Positions 1 to 9,423 of a stretch of 64,000 bases of DNA are shown piece after piece. The DNA comes from a virus. The notes beneath the pieces were generated by a model. That model was not told the origin of the DNA, made no database searches, and saw only the letters and a program-made list of their open reading frames with translations. The position numbers were made by a program, and so were the translations under genes. How positions within the stretch are numbered: the stretch's first letter is position 1; the number at the start of each line of letters is the position of its first letter. The DNA is taken from positions 21,091 through 85,090 of IMG/VR virus record IMGVR_UViG_3300032174_000002. One strand, 5' to 3'.

Positions 1-165
1 GTGCACCTCGACGGTCAGCGGTGTCGTCGTGCTTGCCGGCACCCACGCGCCCGGACCTCGATGCAGAAAGTGCATCGCCAGGGCGTCGGCCGCCATTGCG
101 TCCTTCGCTCTGGCGTAAAGCTCTCCGTTGATGCGGACCTCGTACGGAAGATCGTCCTTGTCCAT
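1..165 (-). CDS. Hypothetical protein, truncated at window edge (MDKDDLPYEVRINGELY...)
   Basis: ATG at 165 with GGAGG upstream; frame open to the edge. Confidence 0.5.
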   Translation of the reverse strand, partial: MDKDDLPYEVRINGELYARAKDAMAADALAMHFLHRGPGAWVPASTTTPLTVEVH

Positions 166-194
166 CTGCCTCCCCCTCTTGTTCCTGAAGATCC

Positions 195-617
195 TCACCG
201 CCGCCCCGTCTTCGGCCGGCCCCCGGTGAGCGCCAGCACCTCCTCTGGCGATATCGGCTCGCCCGACAGCTCCGCCGCCGCCCGGGCCTTCTGCTGCGCC
301 AGCTCTGCCACCCGGGCACGCTCCTTGTCCTCGGCCTTGACCGCGCCGGCGACGCCCGCCCCGGCCTGCCGCGCCCGCGCCGCCTGGACCGCATCGCCCA
401 TCCATTTCACCGATGCCCAGCCCCGCCACAGCACGATCGCGTGCGGCCGGTAGCCCGCCAGCCCGAGGAGCAGCAAGCCCCCCGAGAGCGGCCACAGCCA
501 GGTCGCCCGAAAGGCCCAGGCAAGCCCCCAGGTCGCCAGCCCCCAGCCGGCCAGGAAGGCGGCCAGGGTGAGGGTGGCGGCACGGCTGCCAGTGGCGAGG
601 AGGCGGGGGAAGGGCAT
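195..617 (-). CDS. Hypothetical membrane protein
   Basis: Two hydrophobic segments; coupled to upstream ORF. Confidence 0.55.
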   Translation of the reverse strand: MPFPRLLATGSRAATLTLAAFLAGWGLATWGLAWAFRATWLWPLSGGLLLLGLAGYRPHAIVLWRGWASVKWMGDAVQAARARQAGAGVAGAVKAEDKERARVAELAQQKARAAAELSGEPISPEEVLALTGGRPKTGRR

Positions 618-1141
618 CAGATCGGCATGCGGTGGCCGGCCGCGCGCGCGTGGTCCAGACTGCGGATATGCCCAGCCGTCTCGCTCTCCGAAAGCCTGTC
701 ATTGGCGTCCGCCAGCGCTTCGAGGTGGGCGGCGTGGCCGCTCAGGCTTCGCGCCAAGCACCGCGCATCGCGGTAGTCGTCGCCCGAGGCGCGCCCCTCC
801 CCGAGGATTGACTCGAAGCGGCCAAGGATCGCATCGAGTTCCCGCTCGGCTCTTGCCGCAGCCGCGATCATGGCTCGCCTCGTCGCCGGCGTCGCCCGCG
901 CCTCGGCCGCCGCGATCTCTCGCTCCACCGAGTCCATGGGAGCCTGCTCCGGTGCGGCGGCGTCCGCCGTGGTCCTCCACAGCTCGGCGACGTTTCCCCA
1001 GGCAATCAGCCTGGTGCCGCCAACGATCACGCCGAGAAACGCGCCGTGCATGTCGGAGAGGATGCGGCACTCACCCTCCACGAGCCTGCCGGCTCTCGTG
1101 TGTACCTCGCCGGCAAAGGGCTCCCGCCAGTCGTCCGTCAT
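617..1141 (-). CDS. Hypothetical protein
   Basis: GGAGG RBS; immediately downstream of terminase. Confidence 0.6.
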   Translation of the reverse strand: MTDDWREPFAGEVHTRAGRLVEGECRILSDMHGAFLGVIVGGTRLIAWGNVAELWRTTADAAAPEQAPMDSVEREIAAAEARATPATRRAMIAAAARAERELDAILGRFESILGEGRASGDDYRDARCLARSLSGHAAHLEALADANDRLSESETAGHIRSLDHARAAGHRMPI

Positions 1142-1145
1142 CTGC

Positions 1146-2630
1146 CTACCCTCCCTGCGCCGCTCTCGGCGCTGCTCGGCCGAAGCTGTAGTGCCTCGAC
1201 GCCTTGGGGCTCAGCCCGGCAAGCTCGAACATCAGCCACGTAGCAGCATCTAAACGATTGGGGCTCGCCTCGCCGCGCTTGCCGGTGTACGACAGCATCT
1301 CATCTTCCAGCTTTCGGAGATGGTCGTAGGTGTAGAGCCGCTTCTTCGGGTCCCACTTCGCGACGTGGTGGACGCGCCCCTGCTCGTAGAGGGCAGACAC
1401 CGGCTCGGCCCGCGCCATCTTGTTGACCGCGGCGTGGACCTTGCGGACGGGGAGGTTGATGTTCGCGCCGCGGAGCGTCGACTCCACCAGGTCGCCGCCG
1501 TTGTTCACCTCGGCCACCAGGCGGTCGCCAGCGATCTCCGCCATCAGCGCCGCGGCCGAGCTCGCCCAGGCCTCGGCCGGCATCACGCCGGACCAGTCGT
1601 CGGTGATGTAGAAGTGGGGCGGCGCCGGCTTGGCGGGAGGGGCCACGGCCCGCGCCAGACCTCGCTTGCCGGCCACGATGCCGCACTCGTCCGACGCCGA
1701 CGTCGCCGTCACCGACGGGTCCAGCCCAACCACCACCCGGTCGATCTCCTCCTCCCACCACTCGCCGTCCTCGCCCGCCGGCGCCTTCACCCGGTGAGCC
1801 GGCACTCGCTCGACTCGGTGGTCGTTGATCATGCCCCAGGTCCAGAGAGCGCCCGGCACGTCCTCGAGGATCTCGGCGGCCAACTCCTGGCGCCCCAGGC
1901 GCGTGCCTTCCATCGGTGCCACGACCTCCTCGATAAACTCGGCCGCCAGGTTGGCCTCGTTCTCCCTGGTATGGCCGCGGGTCACGATCGTGCTGGCCTT
2001 GGCCATCAACTCGCGAAGCAGCTTGATCGGCTTCGGGGTGGTGGTGATGAGGATCTGCGGCTGGCCCTTGCGGCACATCAGGAGCAGGTTCGACCAGACC
2101 TCTTCGAGGCGCTTGTAGGCGGCGAGCTCGTCCGCCCAGAAGCCGTCGAGGTTGGGGCCGCGGAAGCGGTCCGGTTCGTCGGCGGAGAACAGGTGGGCCT
2201 TCGCCCCGTTGTCCCAGGTGATCGTTCGCTTTGTGGGCTCGTAGCGGGGTCGGAAGGCCGGGTCCGAGCAGGCAAGGATGCCGGTCGGTCCCTCGACCAC
2301 GACGCCGCGGAGGTCACCCGCCGTCGGAGCCGACACCCCGAAGCGCTTCCACTCTCCCGCCTCCACCTTGTCGAGGACGGCGTTTGACCCGACTTTCGTC
2401 TTTCCCCAGCCGCGCCCGGCCAGCCACATGAGGATGAAGAACCCGCACGCCGGCAGGAACTGCCCGTTGCTCCGCTCGTCCCGGTCGAGCGTCGGGTTCC
2501 GCGGTCGTCCGGCCCCCTCCTGGCCCACCGCATGCCAGCGCTTCCGCCTCTCGGTGTCGAGAGGAGCGTTCCTGAGCATGAAGAGGCGCCAGAACTCCTG
2601 GCGGAGGGGGATGGGGGAGAGGGCGGGCAT
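1146..2630 (-). CDS. terL: Terminase large subunit
   Basis: Walker A AGRGWGKT, Walker B FWADE, ITTTPK coupling motif, nuclease motifs VGLDPS, EVNNGG, K-x-x-RAEPV, SPNRLDA; start approximate. Confidence 0.93.
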   Translation of the reverse strand: MPALSPIPLRQEFWRLFMLRNAPLDTERRKRWHAVGQEGAGRPRNPTLDRDERSNGQFLPACGFFILMWLAGRGWGKTKVGSNAVLDKVEAGEWKRFGVSAPTAGDLRGVVVEGPTGILACSDPAFRPRYEPTKRTITWDNGAKAHLFSADEPDRFRGPNLDGFWADELAAYKRLEEVWSNLLLMCRKGQPQILITTTPKPIKLLRELMAKASTIVTRGHTRENEANLAAEFIEEVVAPMEGTRLGRQELAAEILEDVPGALWTWGMINDHRVERVPAHRVKAPAGEDGEWWEEEIDRVVVGLDPSVTATSASDECGIVAGKRGLARAVAPPAKPAPPHFYITDDWSGVMPAEAWASSAAALMAEIAGDRLVAEVNNGGDLVESTLRGANINLPVRKVHAAVNKMARAEPVSALYEQGRVHHVAKWDPKKRLYTYDHLRKLEDEMLSYTGKRGEASPNRLDAATWLMFELAGLSPKASRHYSFGRAAPRAAQGG

Positions 2631-2778
2631 GGAACCAGCTAGCCGTGATCGATGGCGACCACGAAGCGGCGAGGGTCGAGCCCGCGGCACCGATTCGAGA
2701 GGGTGGCGAACTCGGGCGGCCAAGACCGCACCTCGTCCCTGTCCACGAACCAGTCGGTCACCTCGCGCGTGGTCGCCA

Positions 2779-3723
2779 TCAGTTAGCTACCTCCCCCGGC
2801 GTCATCACCGGCGCCATCCGCTTCACGTCCACCAAGAACCTGGAATGCGCCTTGCGCTCCTCTGCCTCCGCGACCTCGGGTGCCAGCATCGCCGCCAACG
2901 CCGCCGACTTCGCGGCCTCGAAGCCGGCCCTGTAGATCCCTGCCTCCACGCTGCCGGGAGGATAGGGCAGCTCGAGCGGGCAGAGCAGCGCCTCCACGGC
3001 CGCCTTCGCCTGCGCCAGCAGCGCTTTGATCGCCGCGGCCTGCTGGTGGAGAGTCTCCTGCACCATATCGGCATACCGGACCACCAGCATCTGCAGCTCC
3101 TCGAGCGTCAGCACCGCCCGGGCCCGGACTGCGATCTTGGTCTCGGTGTCGACCAGGCGGCGGGACGTTTCGATCGTTCGCCGGGCCTCTCCTTCTGCCT
3201 GGATCGCGGCCTGCCGGCGCTGCTCGGCGGTCGCCCCGGCCTCGAGCGCCGCCTCGAGCCGGGCGAGGATGCGGACCGCGGCATCGGGGTCGCCAGCGAC
3301 AGCTTGGAGCTCGTCCAGGATCTCCCGGGCCTCGAGCAGCGCGGCGCCGATCGCGGCCACGGCCGCCCCGGAGCCAGTGCGCTTCATCTGCTCCGAGAGC
3401 AGGAGGGCGGCGAGCGCCTTCTCTTCGACCAGCTGCGCGGCCTGGGGGTCGGCGAGCAGGCGCTGGTGGGCCTCCCGCAGCTCTTCCGGGATGGCGAGGG
3501 CATACTTGCTGTACGCACCCGTCTTGTAGTTGCCGTTCGCCGGCCCGACCGGGTTTCGACCGCCGTGGCGCCAACAGCGGTCCCTGCCGGGCTCGCAGGG
3601 CTTCTTGCATGGCGTCCCGCCTGGGATGCCGCGGCGGGCGTGACCTTTGATGGGGAAGTTGCAGCGGGGGCGCCCCCCTAATTTCAGAGCGCGGTCCTGC
3701 GGTTCGGAGCCTGGATCTGCCAT
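2779..3723 (-). CDS. Putative terminase small subunit (HGGxSTG-like)
   Basis: C..RCWRHGG..GPANGNYKTGAYSKY motif then helical region; upstream of terL. Confidence 0.7.
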   Translation of the reverse strand: MADPGSEPQDRALKLGGRPRCNFPIKGHARRGIPGGTPCKKPCEPGRDRCWRHGGRNPVGPANGNYKTGAYSKYALAIPEELREAHQRLLADPQAAQLVEEKALAALLLSEQMKRTGSGAAVAAIGAALLEAREILDELQAVAGDPDAAVRILARLEAALEAGATAEQRRQAAIQAEGEARRTIETSRRLVDTETKIAVRARAVLTLEELQMLVVRYADMVQETLHQQAAAIKALLAQAKAAVEALLCPLELPYPPGSVEAGIYRAGFEAAKSAALAAMLAPEVAEAEERKAHSRFLVDVKRMAPVMTPGEVAN

Positions 3724-3941
3724 CCGGTCACCGGCTGCGGAGGCGCCCTACGACCATTGGCGCTCGAACTCTTGCCGTCCGGGGTGGCCGGCGGCGCTAT
3801 CGGCTGCGCAGTCCCTGTACCCGGCCTCGTGGGACTCATACCAAGTGCCGAGAATGCCGTAGCGGAAGCCATTCTCGCCGGCGAAGCTCAGGAAAGTATC
3901 CACCACCGCTCCTGGCGTTCGCTCGACCATGGTCACCGCGC

Positions 3942-4271
3942 TCATCGCCCGAATCCAGCGCGCGGCGGCCCGATCGAGATGCCCTGCTCGAGATCCCGCA
4001 GCCGCACGAACGCCGGCGCGCCGTTCTCGCCACTGGCCCACAGCCAGGCCAGCGATTCGTACTCGGTCAGCCAGGGCTCATTCTGTGGGTAGAAGTTACT
4101 GCACTCGACGATCTTGCTCTGGATCACCGGCGGCGGATGGCCCGCCGCGAGGCACCGCCGGACCGTGTTGCCCCGGCTGTCGCGCTGCGTCCAGCAGGAC
4201 TTGCAGGAGGCGCAGAGCGGCAGGGAGAGGTCCTTCGGAGTGGCCTTGTCGATGCGGATGGCGGGTGGCAT
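3942..4271 (-). CDS. Hypothetical Cys-containing protein
   Basis: CxxCxxC, plausible composition. Confidence 0.55.
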   Translation of the reverse strand: MPPAIRIDKATPKDLSLPLCASCKSCWTQRDSRGNTVRRCLAAGHPPPVIQSKIVECSNFYPQNEPWLTEYESLAWLWASGENGAPAFVRLRDLEQGISIGPPRAGFGR

Positions 4272-4409
4272 GGGCTGGACTGCTTGCCGGGTGGCTCCTT
4301 GCCCACGTGGGGCGGCTCCACGCTACCGAGGTGGCCTGCCGGAGCCCGGCGGCTCCGTGGGGTTCCGGGTGGCTCACCCGGCCGTCGTTGCCGAGGCGAC
4401 GGGGACGTT

Positions 4410-4446
4410 CAAAGGCGGGGCGGCGACCCGCGCGAGCCGCCGCCCC
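4410..4446 (-). terminator. Probable intrinsic terminator
   Basis: GGGGCGGCGGCTC-GCGC-GGGTCGCCGCCCC hairpin followed by GCCTTTG, just after the Ig-like gene. Confidence 0.45.
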
Positions 4447-4459
4447 TTCGCGCGTTGGC

Positions 4460-4801
4460 TCAGGCTCCCGGCGCGGGAGCGGGGGCAGCGGGAGCGGCGG
4501 GAACCGCGGTCGGCGCGGCCGCCGTCAGGTTCAGCCCAGTCGCCGGCTCGGAGACGTCGTAGTCCTGGCTCGCATCCAACTCGGCGCCCACCGTGTTGGT
4601 CGCCTTGACGTTGACGGTCGCCTTGCCGGGCGCCACCGCGACGGCCACGCAGGAGAGGCCGTCCGCGGCCGGCGTGACGGTCAGGATGTTGGTGTCGGAG
4701 CTGGACCATGCGATGCCGGTCACCGGCTCCGGCTCGCCCTTCGCGCCCAGCGGGTTGATGGCCAGGGCGTCTTCCTGGCCGACGCTCATCGGGATCGACA
4801 T
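4460..4801 (-). CDS. Ig-like (Big_2-type) domain protein
   Basis: WSSSDTNILTV...AVAPGKATVNV motif; GAGGAG RBS. Confidence 0.75.
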   Translation of the reverse strand: MSIPMSVGQEDALAINPLGAKGEPEPVTGIAWSSSDTNILTVTPAADGLSCVAVAVAPGKATVNVKATNTVGAELDASQDYDVSEPATGLNLTAAAPTAVPAAPAAPAPAPGA

Positions 4802-4992
4802 GTCTTTCGCTCTCCTCAGATTCAAGATGGTTGCGCCGGTACTGGCGCCTCCGGGCGGTCGCGCCGCCAGGGCCTCGAGATCCTCCTGGAGCTCTTCCAG
4901 GGCGAGCCACAGAACCGTCGCGCTACCTTCCCGTCCAGGGATGGCGAAGTGCGCGGCGGCCTCGTGGAGATGGCGGTGCATTGTCGGCAACG

Positions 4993-5022
4993 ATCATCGC
5001 GCAGTCGTTGCGGCGGCGTCAA
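4993..5022 (-). promoter_or_regulatory. Candidate promoter
   Basis: TTGACG-18-GATGAT; same CGATGATCGT -10 context as at 47463-47472. Confidence 0.35.
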
Positions 5023-5328
5023 GGGCTGAACGGAAGCCGAGCCTGTCTACCTCTGCACCGTCGCCGTGCAGTACTGCAGGGTCGCGGTGCAGACCCCCCC
5101 TCCTTCACACCCGCCTCTCCCTCACCGTCAATCCCCTGCGTTCCGCCACTCGGTGCGGGTGCGCTCCCACCGGCAGGTCCGCCCCGTTGTACTCCCAGGC
5201 GGCCAGCACCTCGCGGCGCCGGGAGCCGGTCAGGAAGCGGGGGTGCCAGTCGAGCGCCTCCCGCTCTTCCATCTCGTGGTGCGGCCGTAGGGCCGCGATC
5301 AGCATCAGCTTGGTCGGGATGGGTATCA

Positions 5329-5523
5329 TCACACCCCTTTGGCGAGCGGCCGCTGCGGGAGAGACTGCCACCGGGCCGCGTGCTGGACCGGCTGGCCGCT
5401 GGTGGGCGCGGTCAGCTGGATCGGGATCTTGCCGGCCTGCTGGCCGCCCACCAGGCAGGGATGGCCGCGGGTGGCTCCGCAGTGCGGGCAGGGGACGGAG
5501 AGGGCGGCGGCGGGGTCGGTCAT
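5329..5523 (-). CDS. Small zinc-finger protein
   Basis: PCPHCGATRGHPC...H motif; ATGA overlap with queC stop. Confidence 0.55.
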   Translation of the reverse strand: MTDPAAALSVPCPHCGATRGHPCLVGGQQAGKIPIQLTAPTSGQPVQHAARWQSLPQRPLAKGV

Positions 5524-6092
5524 CGGTCCTGCCTGCACGAGTCGCACTCTCCGCACTGCGTACCGTCCTGGCGCGGCTCGTAGCAAGACCAGGTGTCGGC
5601 GATCACCACCTGAAGTGCGACCGCGAGCGCGCGGACTTCGGAGCGCAGCATACCAACGAGCGGCGCGCGGACGACAACGCCGCCGTCGAGCGCGAGGACG
5701 ACCGAGAGAGCCGCCGCGAATTCCGGCCGGCAGTCAGGATAGCTCGCCTGGTCCGCGCCACTGGCGCCATACCAGACCTCCCGGGCTCCGATCTCCGGTG
5801 CCGAACTGGCCGCCAGCGCAATCAGGATCAGGTTCCGGCAGGGGATGACTCGCGGCCCGGAGGCGCCGACGCCATTCGCCAGGGCCGCCGCGGCCGGGAA
5901 TGCGGCTCGCAGTTCGACTAGGCGGCTACCATTCCTGCCGCACCAGCGCTGGGCAGCTTCGCGCTCCTGTTCCACCGCCGGCTGGCCGTAGTCCACAAAC
6001 GCCGCGGCGGCCAGGCGACCGGCTCGCGCCGCGATCGTCGCCAGCACTGTCGAGTCCAGGCCACCGGAGAACAGGACCGCCACGTCCTTCAT
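5520..6092 (-). CDS. queC: 7-cyano-7-deazaguanine synthase
   Basis: SGGLDS PP-loop, DYGQ, P-x-RN, YPDCRPEF, TWSCY, CGECDSC. Confidence 0.92.
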   Translation of the reverse strand: MKDVAVLFSGGLDSTVLATIAARAGRLAAAAFVDYGQPAVEQEREAAQRWCGRNGSRLVELRAAFPAAAALANGVGASGPRVIPCRNLILIALAASSAPEIGAREVWYGASGADQASYPDCRPEFAAALSVVLALDGGVVVRAPLVGMLRSEVRALAVALQVVIADTWSCYEPRQDGTQCGECDSCRQDR

Positions 6093-6718
6093 GGTGCGCC
6101 TCGGTAGTTGATGACCTTCTGGTGGCGGGCACCGTCGAGCAATCCGATCGTGCTGGCGAACCGCGTCACGCTGGTGCCGTCGAAGGAGTCAGCCCCGGCG
6201 AGTTGGCACAGCCAGATGCGCCGAGCCGTGTTCACGCGCCCGACGTGGAGATGGCAGCCGCGTTTCCGCGCCAGGTCGCCCCAGGCCGGAAGCGTGCGCT
6301 CCTTCCATCCGGTGTCACCCCCGACGAAGATGCCGACGTTCGCCGAGAGGAGCGGCGCCACGTCCTGCGGCTCCATCCCGTTCTGCACCGGGACGAGCCG
6401 CCTGCCTCCGAAACGTTCGAGGCGCGGCAGCCACGACTCGGACAGCCGCAGCGAAGTGAGGCCGCCGCATACGATGTCGGGCGCCACCACGAAATCCGCC
6501 CCGGCACCGAGCAGGTCGAGCGCTCGCGAGAAGGCTCCGGCGTCGAACGGTTCGCCGCGCTGGAAGGCGGTCCAGGCCCCGTTGTCGAGGGCGTACCTCG
6601 CGAAGCCCTCCGTTCGTAGCGCACCGGTCGCCGACACCATCAGGCCCCAGCCGCACTCGCGGAGCACCGCGAGATTCCTGGCTGTGCCGGTGCGGGAGGC
6701 GTAGGGCATGAGCGCCAC
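6089..6718 (-). CDS. DpdA/TGT-like guanine transglycosylase
   Basis: LDNGAW, PDIV, PVQNG, FVGG, HVGRVN, DSFDGTS motifs of the TGT fold; coupled to queC. Confidence 0.75.
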   Translation of the reverse strand: MALMPYASRTGTARNLAVLRECGWGLMVSATGALRTEGFARYALDNGAWTAFQRGEPFDAGAFSRALDLLGAGADFVVAPDIVCGGLTSLRLSESWLPRLERFGGRRLVPVQNGMEPQDVAPLLSANVGIFVGGDTGWKERTLPAWGDLARKRGCHLHVGRVNTARRIWLCQLAGADSFDGTSVTRFASTIGLLDGARHQKVINYRGAP

Positions 6719-7198
6719 CTACTCGCCCCCTTCCGGCGGCGGCAGCTTCATCTTCCCGAGCAGCCGCCCGGCCTTGGCGAACGCCACCCGCAGCCGATCG
6801 AGGTCCTCGGCCTGGTCGGCTTCGTAGGCTTCCCGGAGGAGCAGCAGCCCGTCCACCGCGACGGCTACGATCTCGTCCGGGGAGGGGAGGGGAGGTTCGA
6901 GGCCGAGCAGCTCGGCCAGAGCGGTCACAGCGCCGGCGGCGTCTCGCCAAGCAGGGATGCGCTCGTGGGCAGCGGCTAGAATCTCCCCGACCGGGCAACC
7001 GCTCCACTGCGCACCCTTGACACTCAGGAGCGCGCCGATCTGGTACACGATGTCGCCGGAGAGCTTCCCCGCGATCTGCGCTTTCTCCATCTCCTCGCGC
7101 GATTCCTCCCAGGCCCATCGGGCGACATCGCGGGCCTCTGCGCCGACCCGCTTTGCATCCTCGCCAGCGCTCGTGACCCACCACTCATCGAAGGTCAT
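6719..7198 (-). CDS. Hypothetical protein
   Basis: MTFDEWW start typical of phage ORFs; overlapping operon. Confidence 0.55.
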   Translation of the reverse strand: MTFDEWWVTSAGEDAKRVGAEARDVARWAWEESREEMEKAQIAGKLSGDIVYQIGALLSVKGAQWSGCPVGEILAAAHERIPAWRDAAGAVTALAELLGLEPPLPSPDEIVAVAVDGLLLLREAYEADQAEDLDRLRVAFAKAGRLLGKMKLPPPEGGE

Positions 7199-7557
7199 CG
7201 GACGCCCCACCCGAGACCCTTGACCGCCCGCACGCTCGGCGCCAAGGCCAGGTAGTAGTGGTCATCCGCCGGGCGCCCTGTCGCTTCTTGGTAGAACTCG
7301 TACGCCGCCCGGGCGAAGCAGAACGAGCAGCATCCAGGCTCGGCCCAGCCACAGACCAACTGCTCGGAGTGGCTCCCGTCGAGCGTGGTCACCTCGACGA
7401 CGCAGGCACGATCCTGGGTGCAGCCGCAGCAGTAACACGCCGGCCGCGTGCAGACCGGGCAGCGGAAGCCGTTGTCGGCTGCGGAGCTCGCCTGGAGGAC
7501 GGTGCCGCAGCCCTGGCAGGGGACAGGGAGCGGGTGGAAGGGGAGGGGAGCGGTCAC
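7195..7557 (-). CDS. Cys-rich hypothetical protein
   Basis: Multiple CxxC; CGCTQDRAC..CGW...CSFC. Confidence 0.55.
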   Translation of the reverse strand: MTAPLPFHPLPVPCQGCGTVLQASSAADNGFRCPVCTRPACYCCGCTQDRACVVEVTTLDGSHSEQLVCGWAEPGCCSFCFARAAYEFYQEATGRPADDHYYLALAPSVRAVKGLGWGVR

Positions 7558-7910
7558 CGCTGCGCCTCCACGGCGGCCTGGTCCTGAATGGCGACGAAGG
7601 AGACGGCGATGGCTTCGTCCTCGGTCAGCAGCCCCCGCTGAGCGTCATCGAAGATGTCCGAGAACCGCTGCGCCAGTTCCGCCCGCAACGCCGGCTGCGG
7701 CCCGCGGCGCTCGACGGCCAGCTGCCAGCCGCGGCAGGGTTCGCCCTCGCGCTGCGCCTCGTGGCAGCAGAACGTCTCGCCGGACAGGACGCAGAGCATG
7801 GCCACCAGGCGCGTGTCCTCGGAGAGCGAGGCCGGCGTCCCGCGGCGGAAGGCGCAGGTGGCGCAGCGCTCCGTAGTGCTGGCTCCCGGCGACGCCGGCT
7901 GGTCAGGCAT
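7554..7910 (-). CDS. Cys-rich hypothetical protein
   Basis: CATCAFR...FCCH...CRGW motif seen in phage proteins. Confidence 0.6.
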   Translation of the reverse strand: MPDQPASPGASTTERCATCAFRRGTPASLSEDTRLVAMLCVLSGETFCCHEAQREGEPCRGWQLAVERRGPQPALRAELAQRFSDIFDDAQRGLLTEDEAIAVSFVAIQDQAAVEAQR

Positions 7911-8353
7911 GCGCTCTCTCCCGCTCGACCGCGACGTCGAGCCAGCCGACGTCCGGGTCCTGCCGTAGCCGCTTCTCCCAAGCTCGGTGCAGGCCGGGGT
8001 CCGCCGCGCAGGCTTGGAGGTAGGCCTGCTGCAAGACGGCGCCGAGTTGGCGCCAGGCGGCGATCTCCTCGCGTGTCGCCTCGACGAGACGACGGGTCGC
8101 CGCGGCGAGCGGGGATTCGAGGAGGGCGGTCACGGCGTCCGCTCCCATCGCTCGGTCGCCGCCTTGCGCGACTGCCGCGCCTTCGGCTGCCGGTGGGCCG
8201 GATACCGTGCTGCCGGGAGGCTGGCGTCCTGGGCGCCGGCGAGGAGGCGCTCGACCTCACGGAGGGCGGCGACGATCTTTGCTGAGCGGCCCGGCGCCGT
8301 CACGTGGAGGGCGTCCACCTCGTCAACCAGCTCCCGCAGTTTCGTGGTGTCCA

Positions 8354-8716
8354 TCACGGCACCGTCACCCAATGTGGAATCTGCTTCCCCTCGGAGATCA
8401 GCACCAGCTTGACGCCGCCCTTCCAGCCGGAGATCTCCCGGAAGTGGCAGACCGCCAGATCCAGGAAGCCGAGGCCGACCGACTTCACCCGCTCGACATC
8501 CACCGAAGCTGAGAAGTGGGTGACCTCGGCGCCCTCGATCAGCTCCCGGGAGACGATCAGCCGGGTGCCGTCCTCGAAGTCGAAGACATGGCGGGGGTCC
8601 TTGCCTGGCGTCTCCCGCTCGCCGCGCTCGATCGCCGCGGCGTCGACCAGCTCGGCGACCGCGGCGGGGTAGCGGCCGGCGAGCAGCGTCGTCGGCTCGG
8701 GGCGGATCGGCAGCAT
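8354..8716 (-). CDS. Hypothetical protein
   Basis: Globular composition; TGATG coupling with upstream HTH gene. Confidence 0.55.
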   Translation of the reverse strand: MLPIRPEPTTLLAGRYPAAVAELVDAAAIERGERETPGKDPRHVFDFEDGTRLIVSRELIEGAEVTHFSASVDVERVKSVGLGFLDLAVCHFREISGWKGGVKLVLISEGKQIPHWVTVP

Positions 8717-8967
8717 CAGACCCTCTCCGCCCGCTGCTTCAACCGCAGGCCCTCGTACCGCCCGAGAATCTTGGGCGTGCAGGACCGGCGGCCCAACTCG
8801 ATGTCGGAAATGTATGCCGGTGAGAAACCCACCAGGTCCGCGAAGTCGCGCAGGGACAGCTCGGCGCCTTCCCGCTGGCGCCTCAGCCAGGCCGGCCGGA
8901 CGCGCTTGATCTTGCCGGCGCCGCAGCATCTGCCGCACTCCTCCTCGGTGAACTTGGGTTCGGCCAT
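8716..8967 (-). CDS. XRE-family HTH regulator with N-terminal CxxC
   Basis: LSLRDFADLVGFSPAYISDIELGRR; TAGCGT -10 box 7 nt before ATG. Confidence 0.8.
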   Translation of the reverse strand: MAEPKFTEEECGRCCGAGKIKRVRPAWLRRQREGAELSLRDFADLVGFSPAYISDIELGRRSCTPKILGRYEGLRLKQRAERV

Positions 8968-9345
8968 GGCGTGTACGCTAGCATATGCCGCGACGGCCGC
9001 GCAACCCATGTTGTTTCACCGGGAGGTTTCACGTGGAACGTCGGAGCCGGCCGTAGGCATCGCCGTCCGCCAGGCGTTCCGCCGCCTCCGCGGCTTGAAG
9101 TCCTCGCAGCACCCGGAGAGCAGCTGTGGACTGTCCCAGGGCTCGCCCTCCCCGAAGACCACCCACAGCTCGGCGTTGCAGCCAGGACAGCCCGACCAGC
9201 CCCAACCCCAGCGGACCTCGACGTGCCAGCCGCATCGCCGGCAGACCAGCAGCCAGTTGTCGCCGTCGAGCGATGGGCGGCCTTCGGGGCCGTCGTGGGC
9301 CGGGACGTCGAAGCCGGGGTGCCGGCGGGGGTGCATCGGAGGTGG

Positions 9346-9423
9346 TGGTCAGCGCGGGAGGATTTGAACCTCCGACCCCTCGCTCCCAGGGCGAGTGCTC
9401 CGGCCAAGCTGAGCTACGCGCTG
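9346..9423 (-). tRNA. tRNA-Pro(TGG)
   Basis: Full cloverleaf CAGCGCG/CGCGCTG, T-loop TTCAAAT, anticodon loop CCTGGGA, encoded ACCA. Confidence 0.9.

Noticed and set aside
5520-6718. Type IV CBASS or Qat defence system
   Set aside because: No cyclase, effector, QatA ATPase or TatD nearby; context is a phage operon
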